Translations under genes and position numbers: made by a program
Notes under the pieces: model-generated
Seen by the model: only the letters and a program-made list of their open reading frames with translations
Told to the model about the DNA's origin: nothing
The model's database searches: none
Assembly: GCF_021028975.2 (NCBI RefSeq)
Contig: NC_059433.1
Location: forward strand, 93,620,001-93,684,000
Source: Sphaerodactylus townsendi
Taxonomy: Eukaryota
Direction: 5' to 3'
Length of the DNA stretch: 64,000 nt
In this document: positions 51,420 to 63,079 of the stretch, one piece after another
Layout of the letters: every line of letters begins with the position of its first letter
Position numbering within the stretch: the first letter of the stretch is position 1

Positions 51420-52099
51420 CAGGTGCGTAATGTCCATTGGGCAAGGTGGGCAAAGAATGGGGGATGGGGGTCCATAACTTTGGACCCCCTAAACCAAACT
51501 GCACCAAACTTGGGGGGGGGGGTCCCATCAGGACAGTTTCCAGATGATACCCTGAAATTTTGGTGTCAATACATCCAAAACTGCAGCCCCTGCAGTAACA
51601 TCCCAGAAATTTGCCCAAGAATCTTTGTTCTGCATTGAGTTTTCTGTATTGCTGTCAATGGGGGTTGCAGGCTGGGGGGCGCACTTTTCTGAAGGCACAG
51701 TCTTCAGAAAGGGAAAACTTTCAGGGTCTCATCAGGAGACTGCCCTGATGATACCATCCAGGTTTGGTGCAGTATGGTTCAGGGGGGGCAAAGTTATGGT
51801 CCCTCAAAACTGTAGCCCCCATGTCCTATTAGCTCCCATTGGAAACAATGGGTGATGGAGCACCCCCTTTGGGAGTCCATAACTTTGGACTCCTTGAACC
51901 AAACCTCATCAAACTGGGAAGTAGCATAAGGGCAGTCTCCTGATGATACCCTGAAATTTTGGTGCTGGTGTCTAAAAATGCACCCCCTGCAGGCACCAAT
52001 GTCGTGGTGCAAAAAAAATTTTGGTCGTGGTGGAGTGGCTGCCCATGGCATCCAATTCAGGTTTTGCCCAGGGCTACAGTTTGCCTCGTTGTGCCCCTG
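51420..52099. mobile_element. hAT non-autonomous element with three internal ~120-bp repeats (direct, inverted, direct)
   Basis: Termini CAGGTGCGTAA / TTGTGCCCCTG; 8-bp TSD CAGCAGTG/AAGCAGTG; unit CCATAACTTTGGAC...AACCAAAC...TGATACCCTGAAATTTTGGTG at 51472 and 51877, inverted at ~51715-51800. Confidence 0.8.
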
Positions 52100-55050
52100 A
52101 AGCAGTGCCTTTGCCACACTGATTCCAGCCACCACAATACTACCCCACCCACAATTGGATTGGGCCACCCACCTTGTATTTATACTGTAATATACTGTGA
52201 TTGTTGCTATCAAATGCTACCCTGAGCATAGCTTTGCTGAGGATGGCCTGGCCAGGGTATAAATAAAATAAAATCACTTCAAGTTTGAGCCCTTTCAAGT
52301 TACCCAGCACATACCACCTTCCTATGCTGTTGCTCTTTCTCCCAATTAGTTGTTCATTTGTGAGTTGAAAATGAGTTTACATTTTTATTGCATGGCTCAT
52401 TAGAGAGGTGCTTGAAGTTGTTTGTAGTATTTCTACTGGTGCCAACATTCATAAATTTATGAACAGCATGCTATGTATGGGAGGAAGGGGGGTTAATAAG
52501 ACTGATCTCTGCATTTCTATGGAAAAAACATAAAATCTCTTTTCTCTTTCACAAAATGAAATAATTAACAGATTGGTTAAAACACTAAAGTACAAGAATA
52601 TAATCCTGTTCTTCCTATTTGGGTTTAACTATAGCAACTGGTTGTACTTGTCTAGCAAGATTTCTATTTGATGTCAACCAGCAGAATCTATACCATAAAT
52701 ACATGTCATCAATACTAAAAATTGGAGGAAAGATCCATCAGATGCATATTGTTGCCTACAGTGGAGGAAAATATCTTCTTGCATACAAAATTAGTAGTGC
52801 TAGCCAAATGACATAACCAAAGCATAAATTGGTGGCCCTTTGTAGAGATGGAATTTGGTTTGGTAATGAGGCATCACATTCTGTTAAAGTTTTTGTGTTC
52901 TCTGTTTCTACAACAAACGTGTCTTTTATGCTCAAAAACTTCCTCCCTTTTGTTTGCAGAATGTCATTATAAGCTTTTTCATTCATAACTGAAATATTAC
53001 TTCAGTATTACTTTGATTCTTTAATGCTGTCTCTTATTTGAAACCAAACTGTCAAATAGAAGGAAGAAAAGGGGCAATGTTACTTCTTTCAGGCCTGTGT
53101 ACACAAAGCAAATGTTGTAAAGGTTGTCTATGAAGTTTCATGCGACTGAACAGGATGCCAATTGAAGGAATTATTGTGGGTAGATCTATAGCAGTGTTTC
53201 CACAAAACCACGTTTTGTGAGATGACACAGGGGGAACGGACCATCTGAAAATCAAGAAAAAGTGCTCCAGCTCTCACAGATACTCTATGGCCGTTTCTGC
53301 CTGGTAAAACACCGTTGGGGGGGGGACCCTTCACACAGGCGCTGCTGCCAAATCGATGCAGCGTCGCTCTCTTCCCACCCCTCAACGGTGTTTTTAAACC
53401 CCGAGCAAAGTTTTTGGAAATGCCGGCTTCCATCTGGTGCCGAGCAAACGGCACCAGGTGGAAACCAGTGTATTTCCTGCACCGCTACTAGACACCTCCT
53501 ACTTCCTGCCACCTTCCATCACTCTGTGGAGGCTAGGGGACACGCCTCCTGGCCTCCGACCTCAGAGGCAGCGCTCTGGCCACGGGGGCATGTCCCCTGG
53601 TCTCCTTAGAGTAACGGAATGTACAAATGTTCATGTGTTATGTTGATGCTTATGCTTTGTTTCAGCTCAGTTCTGTCCAGATTTTTGCTTGTTTTCAGAT
53701 TTCTGCAATCAAAACTCTACTGCTTTGTTTACTAGATGTCCCAATTGTGTAGATTTAATTTCTTGTGCTGTGTGATGCACGTTGAGTCTCAGTGAAAAAG
53801 GCAGATTATAAATGATACAAATCAACAAATCAATAAATGGAGATTGGATGTGTGGTAGACAAAGATTTGATCATGGGGGAACACTCCCATGACTAGAGGT
53901 ATTTATGTGAAGAGCTACATACAAATTATATAAAGGATTTCTTCTCATGATGAGGGTCCATGATGAGGGGGGGGGGGGGGCGCGCACATTTAATGGAATG
54001 GAATTCTAGTGAAGTCCAGTGCCATCACTATCATGGAAATATAGAGCCCTACTACAATTTTCTTGGGCCCAGAATGTTTAATAAGCCACATAGAAAGCAT
54101 CTACTTAAGTGATACTATGTTATCAGTCAAAAGGCAGTATGATTTCACACCCTGTTGAACAGATTCGATATGTGATTTCCTGGAGATGGAGATGGAGCTA
54201 CTGTGGCCCATAATTGGTTTACCAGAGTGAACTAACAGCTAACATAAACATCCTGATTCTGATATTCACCAGTGGTTTCCTATTTAACCTCTGCTATCAT
54301 AGTGGAAACCTAAGCAAGTACTACAGAATAATCTTTAAAAAGTACACATCAGATGCATCACCAAAGCTCCCCTCTGGACAGATTATTAATCAAAATATGC
54401 TACAATTCATTCATCAGTTTTGAATGCAAATGGTATAGCTATATTAAGATCCTGATGTGTTAGTAACAAAAGCAATGGTTTCTTGATTTCATCCATTGCT
54501 CTGCAAGCATGAAATTCATTTCATGTAGCAAAAAAGTCATTTAAAACAGCATGGTTCAATTTTTTCTGTCAGTAAATGTAAACAGAATGTAAATAAAAAA
54601 GAATTTAAATTAAAAAAGGTATCTCATACATTTCAGAAAGGGTGTTGCCAAGGCTATGAATAGAATATATATTTTCTAAGCATTTCAAGATTTGTTTCAC
54701 ATTTATTATTGGGGGAAGGGGGGAGGTTAAGCCTTCCTTTACAGCAAAATCTAAGCCAACCACTTAATAGATTCCCAGGTTCATTAAAAAGAACACGAAA
54801 GGCACTATTCACAAACAAGAATTAAAATTTAGCCCATGTATGTAGAATATGTACATATCACTATTATACTTTATAAATAGTATTCTAGGTGGCTTATTAT
54901 ATATAAAATCAACAATAAATACAAAAACACATATACTCACATAATTTAGACATAAGTAACAGAGAAGCAGCATCAAATATCAATAAAACTGTTCTTGTTT
55001 TAAGTAAAATAGCAGCACTAGAAGAAGTCCAAGAAATTCAACCTGTCTTT

Positions 55051-55114
55051 TCAAAGTCCTCCAAAATCAAAGAAGGCATCAGATGCTGCGGAGTGAGTTC
55101 TCCAGGTGACCATC
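55051..55114 (-). CDS. Weak candidate terminal exon
   Basis: Acceptor TGTTTTCCTTCAG; phase-2 reading MVTWRTHSAASDAFFDFGGL* (phase 1 gives WSPGELTPQHLMPSLILEDFEKTG*); followed by AT-rich repeat-free DNA with AATAAA at 54702-54707 (minus). Confidence 0.2.
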
Positions 55115-55341
55115 CTGAAGGAAAACATTGTCCACAGTCTGGGTGAAGTAACTTAAGAAGGCCCATCTTAACGAGTGACAGTAAAATCTCTAAGAGCACA
55201 GGTGTCAACATATAGGTGAGGCAAGAGTCCTTCAGATAGTTGGTTGTAAACAGACAAAAGTACTTCAGTGCCTCAAAGATAGATAACTGTATTATTTCAG
55301 ACTTTTGGCTCACGAAAAACACTTATGTGTATTTAGTAGAT

Positions 55342-55672
55342 CAGTGGGGGATTCAGCTGGTCTGGTTCAGGCAAACTGTTTGTTAAGCTCCCCGTTCCCC
55401 CACCCCTGGAAGATGGAGTGATGGGACTGCACCGCCAGCCCAGATGCACGTGGCCCAATCAAGGGGGTCTGGCCGGCTGCAGATCAGGCCACATGCCTGC
55501 CGGGCTGCGCAGCCTTTGGGAGAGGCCTCCTGGTGCCAGGTTGCAGCTGGCCCAGAGGCACACAGCCCAATCAGCCGCCAGCCGGCTGGCCTCCAATCAA
55601 GTAAGTGGGTGATGGGGCACGCAGTGGGGGGGGGGGCAAACTGGTGGTTGAGGGATTAGAATCCCACCACTG
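55342..55672. mobile_element. hAT MITE (same TIR family as 2436-2571)
   Basis: TIRs CAGTGGGGGATTC / GAATCCCACCACTG; 8-bp TSD TAGTAGAT/CAGTAGAT. Confidence 0.85.
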
Positions 55673-56708
55673 CAGTAGATGTATTTCTTTTAGGCCCCTT
55701 CTGCACGGGCCAATAAATATGGGTGTAGGACACTAAATAATCTGCTTTGCGGTGAGGACTTCACACAGATCCCACCCTCAGAGCGAGTCTGCCTCATGTT
55801 ATTTCCCCCAACCTGCTTTTTTTTAAATTACTAAACAAGTAATCCTTTGCAAATAAATCCTGGGTTGGAGCTGCTCCTGAGTAAATGGCCAGGCAGGAGG
55901 CATTCTGTTTGCCTCCCTTTTCCTTTTTTTGTTAAAAAAATGTGCAGCTTGCATCTGCGAAGCTACACAGGTTCAGCTGGTTGTATTGTGGGACATTGGC
56001 ATGGCTGTGGGAGTTTATTTATGCATGCCTGCATAGCTAGGCATGTGTGGGAAGTAATTAAAAATAAATAAATGTGTCTCTCTGCAAAGGCATGACAGAA
56101 ACCTGGATTGTTCCCATGAGCTCCAATTGCTGAGAAAGGAGCAGCAGTGAGAAAGGAGCAGCAGTGGACAAGGCATCTGGGCCAGGAAGAACAGAGTGAC
56201 TCTGGTGTTCATTTTGGAGGGCTTTTCTCAAAGCCACATCTTTTAAAACAGTGTATTTTTAACAGGGGTTTGCAGGGGTTATCTCTTTTTCTCCTTAAGG
56301 CTACTAGGAGCTGAGACTGCTGGAGGTGGGGCTTAACAGGGGTTAACAGAGGTTACTCTTTGTCCTGGGCTGCTAAAGGTGGGGCTCCTGAGGTGAGTCA
56401 TTCAGTCTTTAGTTCAGTCTCTGGAACCAGCAGAAAGGAGCAGCAGTGGACAAGGCATCTGGGCCAGGAAGAACAGAGTGAGGTGAGTCATTCAGAGGTG
56501 AGTCATTCAGAGGTGAGTCACTCCTGAGGTGAGTCATTCAGTCTTTAGTTCAGTCTCTGGAACCAGCGGCAATTTCTTTCTTTTTTCTTTTTTAAAATAA
56601 ATAAATTAATTAATTAATAAGGACATTTCTTGAGGGATAGTAGGTACAGATAGCTCCAAGGGGCACTGACTAAAAGTTTAATATCTAAATATCTAAACAA
56701 AAGCAGAT

Positions 56709-57610
56709 ATGAAGGCAGGAAGCCAGCAGGGGGATGGGGGCTTGCCAGTGTTTTGCACTGAGTGTCACATGTATGACTATCTGCCACTAGGCCAGAAGTC
56801 GTGGGTGTGCCCTCGCTGCAATGAGCTCCTGGCACTCAAGGAACGTGTCCGTTCTCTTGAAGCCAAGGTGGCAGACCTGGAGAAGCTGAGAGAGGCAGAG
56901 AGGGCAACAAACAAGGCTTTCAGGGACCTAGCAGGCGGGTCCCACTCCCAAGGTGACATCTCTTCAGATGTCATGGAGAATGAGAGTCTGGGTGACAGAG
57001 GGTGCCAGTCTGAGGTGGGGGAAGATGCTCCCTTAGATGGGATCCCTTCCTTAACTGGTGATCAGCTATCCTCTCGCACTGAGGATACCCCTCAGGGAGG
57101 TGGGGGGCTCCTTGTAGTGGGTGATTCGATCATTAGGAATATAGAGAGTTGGGTTTGTGACAGGCGTGATGACCGCATGGTGACTTGCCTGCCTGGTGCA
57201 AAGGTTGCGGATGTCACACTACGTCTAGATAGGCTGTTAGACAGTGCTGGGGTGGAGTCAGCAGTTGTGGTCCACATTGGTACCAATGACATTGGGAAAT
57301 GTAGCCGGGAGGTTCTGGAAGCTAAATTTAGGCTGCTAGGAAAAAGGTTAAAATCCAGGACCCCCAAGGTGGCATTCTCAGAAATGCTACCTGTTCCACG
57401 TGCAGGGCGAGCTAGGCAAGCGGAGATACAGGGTCTCAATGCGTGGATGAGAAGGTGGTGCAAGGCAGAGGGTTTCAGCTTTGTCAGGAACTGGGGAACC
57501 TTTTGGGATAAGGCAGGCCTGTACAAAGGGACGGGCTTCATCTTAACCAAAGAGGAACCAGGCTGCTGGCGCTCAACATTAAAAAGGTGGCAGAACAGCT
57601 TTTAAACTGA
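56709..57610 (+). CDS. CR1 ORF1p: CxxC...CxxC zinc finger, leucine zipper, SGNH/GDSL esterase
   Basis: CTEC...CPRC followed by heptad leucines; esterase blocks VVGDS, CLPGA and HIGTND; a +1 correction at ~57525 restores DGLHLN...LLN* (TGA 57608-57610). Confidence 0.9.
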
Positions 57611-57807
57611 TTCCTGGGGGAAAGCCGACAGGAGCTGAGGTGACTTTGGTTCGGAATACAGAGTCCATGGGGATGCAGACAGAGAAGGAGGTTTTTTTAA
57701 ATCAACCACATACAAGTGAGGAACATAGCAATGTGATAAGTGATAGTGTCTACAAAAGGCTAGAGGGCAAAACACATAAATCCCAGGTTAGGGACAGAGA
57801 CAGAGTA

Positions 57808-60680
57808 TACAAGTGTCTCTATGCTAATAGTAGTAGCGGTTGCCCTAATCTAAAATGGGGGAGCTGGAATACAGAGTTTTGAAGGAGGACATTGATATAG
57901 TGGGCATCACAGAGACATGGTGGAATGAGGAGAACCAGTGGGATGCTGTTATCCCAGGTTACAGGCTCTACAGGAAGGATAGGACAGGGCGTATTGGGGG
58001 TGGGGTGGCCCTCTACATCAAAGAGAGCATAGTGTCACATAAAATAGACAATGCAGGGGGAGCTGATTCCTCTACAGAAGCACTGTGGATATCAATACCA
58101 GGGTGAAACATAGTTTAACATTAGGAATATATTATCGTCCCCCTGACCAAAGCGCACAAGAGGATTCTGAGATGGAAAAAGAAATTAGAGAGGCCAACAA
58201 AAGCAAAAATGTCGTGGTAATGGGCGATTTTAACTATCCCCATATAAACTGGAAAAATGCATGTTCAGGTCATAGTAAGGAGAGAACATTCCTGGATATG
58301 CTAAATGACTGTGGCTTAGAGCAGATGGTTGTAGAACCAACCAGGGAGATGTGATCCTAGATCTAATTCTATGTGGGACCCAGGACCTGGTGTGGGAAGT
58401 CAGTGTTGTTGAGCCGATAGGGAACAGTGACCACAATGCTGTCAGATTCAGTATCTCTGCATGCGAACAAGTGACAACTACTAATGTAGTTACATTCGCC
58501 TTCAGAAAGGAAATAGTGCGCAGGAAGCTGAAAGGGAAAATCAAGAGAGTCAAAACTGTCCAAGATGCTTAGAGTTAATTAAAAACACAGTAATAAAAGC
58601 TCAGCTGGAATGTGTTCCGCAGATTAGGAAAGGCAGCACCCAGTCCAAAAGAAAGCCACCATGGTTAACAAGAGAGGTTGAGGAAATTATTAGGAAAAAA
58701 AAAGATGTCTTTTAGAAAATGGAAGTCCAACTTAACTGATAAAGAATACCAGAGAGAACACAAATGGTGGCAAAAGAGAAGCAAGTTAGCTGTAAGGGAG
58801 GCAAAAAAGGATTATGAGGAACGCATGGCTGTGAACATCAAAACCAGCAACAAACAGTTCTTCAAGTACATCAAAAGCAGGAAGCCAGCAAGGGAAGCGG
58901 TAGGCCCGTTAGATGACAAAGGAACAAAGGTGTGCTAAAAGATGACAGGGAGATTGCAGAAAAGCTGAATGAATTCTTTGCATCTGTCTTCACCCAAGAG
59001 GAGGTGAGGAAAATTCCTGCACCTGAACCAAGCTTCTTAGGAGGCGAATCCGAGGAACTAACGAAGATAGTGGTAGACAAGGAAGAAGTTCTGGCAGCCA
59101 TTGATAAACTAAATGCTACCAAATCCCCTGACCCAGATTGCATTCACCCAAGAGTTCTTAAAGAGCTCAAGCATGAAATTGCTGATGTTCTCACTTTAAT
59201 ATGCAACTTATCCTTGAAATCAGGCTCCATCCCTGAAGACTGGAAGATGGCCAATGTCACACCAATCTTTAAGAAAGGATCTAGGGGACCCGAGGAAATT
59301 ACAGGCCAGTCAGTTTGACATCTGTTCCTGGTAAATTAGTAGAATCTGTCATTAAAGATAAAATTATAAAACATGTACAAAAGCAAGACCTGCTGAGAAA
59401 GAGTCAGCATGGCTTTTGCAGAGGCAAATCCTGTCTTACAAACTTACTAGAGTTCTTTGAGGATGTAAATAGGCATGTGGATAAGGGGGAACCAGTGGAC
59501 ATTGTCTACTTGGATTTCCAAAAGGCTTTTGACAAAGTTCCTCACCAGAGACTATTGAGAAAACTCAGCAATGAAGGAATAAGAGGGGAAGTCCTCCTAT
59601 GGATTAAAAACTGGTTGAGAAACAGGAAGCAAAGAGTGGGTGTAAATGGGAAATTCTCACAATGGAGAGATGTGGGGAGTGGGTGTCCCCCAAGGATCCG
59701 TATGTGGGACCAGTGCTCTTTAACCTATTACATAAATGACCTGGAAGTAGGGGTGGGTAGCGTGGGTGGCCAAGCCTTCTGCAAGATGATACCAAATTCA
59801 TGCTAGGGTGAGTGAGAACCACAAAAAGGATTGGCGAGGGAGCTCAAAGCGGACCTTGGAGCATAGAATTCAGGTGGAAGTGGGCTAAGAAATGGCAAAT
59901 GCAGTTAACAATGTAGCAAAATGCAAAGTGATGATGCACATAGGGGCAAAAAAATCCCAGAAAGCCTTCACATACACGCTTTACAGGGCGTCAGTGTATG
60001 CTATCAGTCACAGACCAGGAAAGGGATTTGGGCGTCTTAGTTGATAGTTCCATGGGAATGTCAACTCAATGTATGGCAGCTGTGAAAAAAGGCAAACTCT
60101 ATGCTGGGGATAATTAGGAAAGGAATTGATAATAAAACTGCAAAAGATTGTCATGTCCCTTATATATAAAGCCGTGGAAGCTGACCACACTTAGAGTACT
60201 GTGTTCCAGTCTCTGAAGGTCACCACATCTCCAAAAAGCTGATATTGAAAGAGATAGAAAAAAAGAAAGTGCAGAAGGTGCAAACTGGAGGGATGATTGA
60301 GGGACTGGAGCACCTTCCTTATGAGGAAAAGGCTGCAAAGCCGCTTTGGGACTCTTTAGTTTGAGAGAGGAGACGTCTGAGGGGGGATATGATTGAAGTC
60401 TATAAAATTATGCATGGGGTAGAAAATGTTGACAGAGAGAAATTTTTCTCTCTTTCTCACAATCACTAGAACCAGGGGCATTCATTGAAAATGCTGGGGG
60501 AAGAGGATTCAATTAGAACTAATAAAAAAAGGAAACACTTCTTCACGCTATAGCGTGTGATTGGTGTTTGGAATATGTGCTGCCACAGGAGGTGGTGATG
60601 GCCACTCCAACCTGGATAGCCAAAGGGAGCTTGGACAGATTTATAGGAGGGAGGAATCAATTTATGGCTACCAATCTTGA
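57808..60680 (+). pseudogene. CR1 ORF2 (APE endonuclease plus reverse transcriptase), frameshifted as assembled
   Basis: Motifs IVGITETWW, GGGVALY, GIYYRPP, MGDFNYP, SDH, PEDWKMANVTPIFKKG, SQHGF..GKSCLTNL, YLDFQKAFDKVPH; corrupted FADD region at ~59770-59795. Confidence 0.92.
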
Positions 60681-61009
60681 TCCTCTTTGATCTGGCAAGA
60701 GATTGCAAAATGCCTTAACTGCAGTCCAGGTGCTTTCCGGGAGCACACAGCCGCATGAAGGCCATTGGGCTGCTTCACATCCTACATGTGAACTCCCAAA
60801 GGCACCTGGTGGGCCACTGCGAGTAGCAGAGAGCTGGACTAGATGGACTCTGGTCTGATCCAGCTGGCTTGTTCTTATGTTCTTATGTTCTTATGTTCTT
60901 ATGCTGTCTGCATTGATGCATTTGAATTTGAAAACAAGTTACTTTACTGTGACAGCAACCCATTATACATTTACAATGCGGAAGGGGCCTTAGTCGGTTT
61001 CTTCCTGTT

Positions 61010-61830
61010 TATGCTATTTATTTTATTTGTACCCCGTCCTTCCCTTCAAAGATAGCCTTGGGGTGGCTAACAACATATAAATACAAAAAAATGAACAATT
61101 AATATACAATTAAAACCATAAAATCTAAGCTAAGCTAATAATGTCGCCTATCATATATACTGGTGGCACCCTAAAATGTGTTGCAATTACCCTACCACCT
61201 GAAAGGGGAGGAAATCAACATAGTTTCAGGCTAAGAAGATAATAGCAGTCACCAGTCAGTAGTTGTTTTGCTACTTCAATGAGATGGAGGCAGAACCAAA
61301 AAGGGGAAGAAGAACAAAAGAAAAAAAGATAAGACAGGAAAGGAAGAGGGTAAAGGGCGGGGAAAGGAAGGGAGATCAGCTAATATAATATTGTTGCTGA
61401 CCTCAGCAATAAGTCTGATGGAGCATCTCTGTCTTACAGGCCCTGTGGAACTCAACTAAGTTCCACAGGGCATATTAGACAGAGTTCCATCAGGCCAGGG
61501 ACAGAGTTGAAAAAGTCCTGGCCCTAGTTGAGGACAGCCAGACAATCTTAGGACTAGGTTTTACCAAGAGGTTGTCACCTGAGGAATGTAGCACCTTCTA
61601 AAAGAATACCAGTCCATAGACATGAGGGCCCAGACCATTTAGGGCTTTTAAGGGCAAACCAAACCCTTGAACTGATCCAGTACTCAAACTGGTGATGTAC
61701 CAATTAAATATGGGCTCTCCATAGGGTTCCTGTAGGAACTCATGCTGCGGCATTCTGGACCAGTTGCCACTTCAGGGGCAGCTTCTAGGGAAATCTTAAG
61801 TAGAGCAAATTAACAGGAGTCTAATCTAGA
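61010..61830 (-). mobile_element. Degraded L2 3' fragment
   Basis: TATTT-type tail, then ORF2 C-terminal remnants similar to 36612-37133 and 50380-50830 (GTCTTACAGGCCCTG, TTTAGGGCTTT). Confidence 0.65.
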
Positions 61831-61844
61831 GGAAACCACAAAAA

Positions 61845-62045
61845 CCAGTTTAGTGTAATGATCAGAGTGTTGGGCTAGGCCTGGGGAGATTCTGGTTCAG
61901 ATCCTGAGTTGTTACAAATAATTCGCTGGGCAACTTTGGGTCAGCCATTTTCTGTCAGCCTAATTTACCTCACTGGGATACTATTAGGAAAAAGAGGAAA
62001 GAAATCACATCTCTGAAACTGCTTGGAAGAAGGATGCATTTAAAA
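61845..62045 (+). mobile_element. Old tRNA/MIR-like SINE
   Basis: AGTTTAGTGTAATGATCAGAG box A, GGTTCAGATCC box B, CAGCCTAATTTACCTCAC core. Confidence 0.55.
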
Positions 62046-62773
62046 TGCTTTGGGGAGGAAGGGAATAAGGCATTGGAAGGAAGAAATATCAGCCACTTTG
62101 AGAAACTTGTAATTGAAAAATAAGATATCATTTAATAAACACACATACACTGAACAGAAAATGCATTGAAAACAACAGGCACTTTGATCACATTTCATTT
62201 TTTAAAATTGCAATTTTGCTGATTTGGGTTTTTTTAAAGACTTTCCAAGACTACATGAGAGCATGGTTTATGTCATAATAGCAAATAAATCCATTCAGAT
62301 AGTAGTGGAAGCTTTTATAAGCTGTAATTTAAGAAGTCTTGCTTTGGGTAGTGTACTCCAAATAAAATAGAACCTGTAAATGGCTTTTCTTATCATCCAT
62401 GAAGAAGCATAAACTTAATCTAGTCACTGTTGCTTTATCTCAATACCCTTTTTAATTGACATTCTGCCTAAACAAATGAAAAACCAACCACTCTTCAGCG
62501 ACCGCTATTAGCACCTTATTTTGGCCTTGTCAGGAATGACTGACTGAGAAGTGAAGCTTAAATACTGATAGCTAGAAATCTTCCCGTTAATCCAGAGTCG
62601 GTGAAATCTTCAGAGTCCTCATACTGGATATATCACTATTATTCTTTGTATCTAGCTTGAAGAGGATTTGAAATGGAAGATAACACAATTCAGTCAGAAC
62701 TTGATACTCTCTTACAATTTCCCTTAAAGGGTGTCCCCGATCTATTGAATTTATTTTGCTGGGGATAAGCTTT

Positions 62774-62894
62774 TTAAGAAGGAACACAACACACTGAAAG
62801 AGCCATCTCTTTTTCATCATGATCTTTCCCCTTTTTGTAATTCAACATACCAGCACTGCATGAGAAAATGTCTTTGACAGAACTGGGTATCCAA
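62774..62894 (-). CDS. Weak candidate terminal exon
   Basis: Acceptor CTTTTGTTACCTAG; phase-2 reading WIPSSVKDIFSCSAGMLNYKKGKDHDEKEMALSVCCVPS*; AATAAA at 62750-62755 (minus). Confidence 0.2.
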
Positions 62895-63079
62895 CTAGGT
62901 AACAAAAGTTAATTTGGAGCCTGATGATTCAGAAGCTATATTTGAAAAAAACAAGTGAGAGAGTGTTAAAACTAGCTAAGCATACTCTATTTATAAAATT
63001 TAATATTTAATTTAACACCTTTTATAACATTTTAAAGATGATAAAAACATGTTGATATATTCCAAAAATACTCTTTTCG

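Larger units (their letters stand above)
56130..60903 (+). mobile_element. Near full-length CR1 LINE (5' boundary approximate)
   Basis: Repeat-rich 5'UTR, ORF1, ORF2, 3'UTR and (TTCTTATG)4 tail at 60872-60903. Confidence 0.95.
55693..60989. mobile_element. PIF/Harbinger-type MITE split by the CR1 insertion
   Basis: Left TIR GGCCCCTTCTGCA (55693), right TIR TGCGGAAGGGGCC (ends 60989), 3-bp TSD TTA on both sides. Confidence 0.7.

Noticed and set aside
56385-56567. CRISPR-like or other prokaryotic repeat array
   Set aside because: No unique spacers; eukaryotic LINE 5'UTR context
57092-57550. 152-aa minus-strand ORF
   Set aside because: Antisense shadow of CR1 ORF1
62587-62820. 77-aa minus-strand ORF as a protein-coding gene
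   Set aside because: No recognisable domain; the acceptor-led frame overlapping it is a different frame
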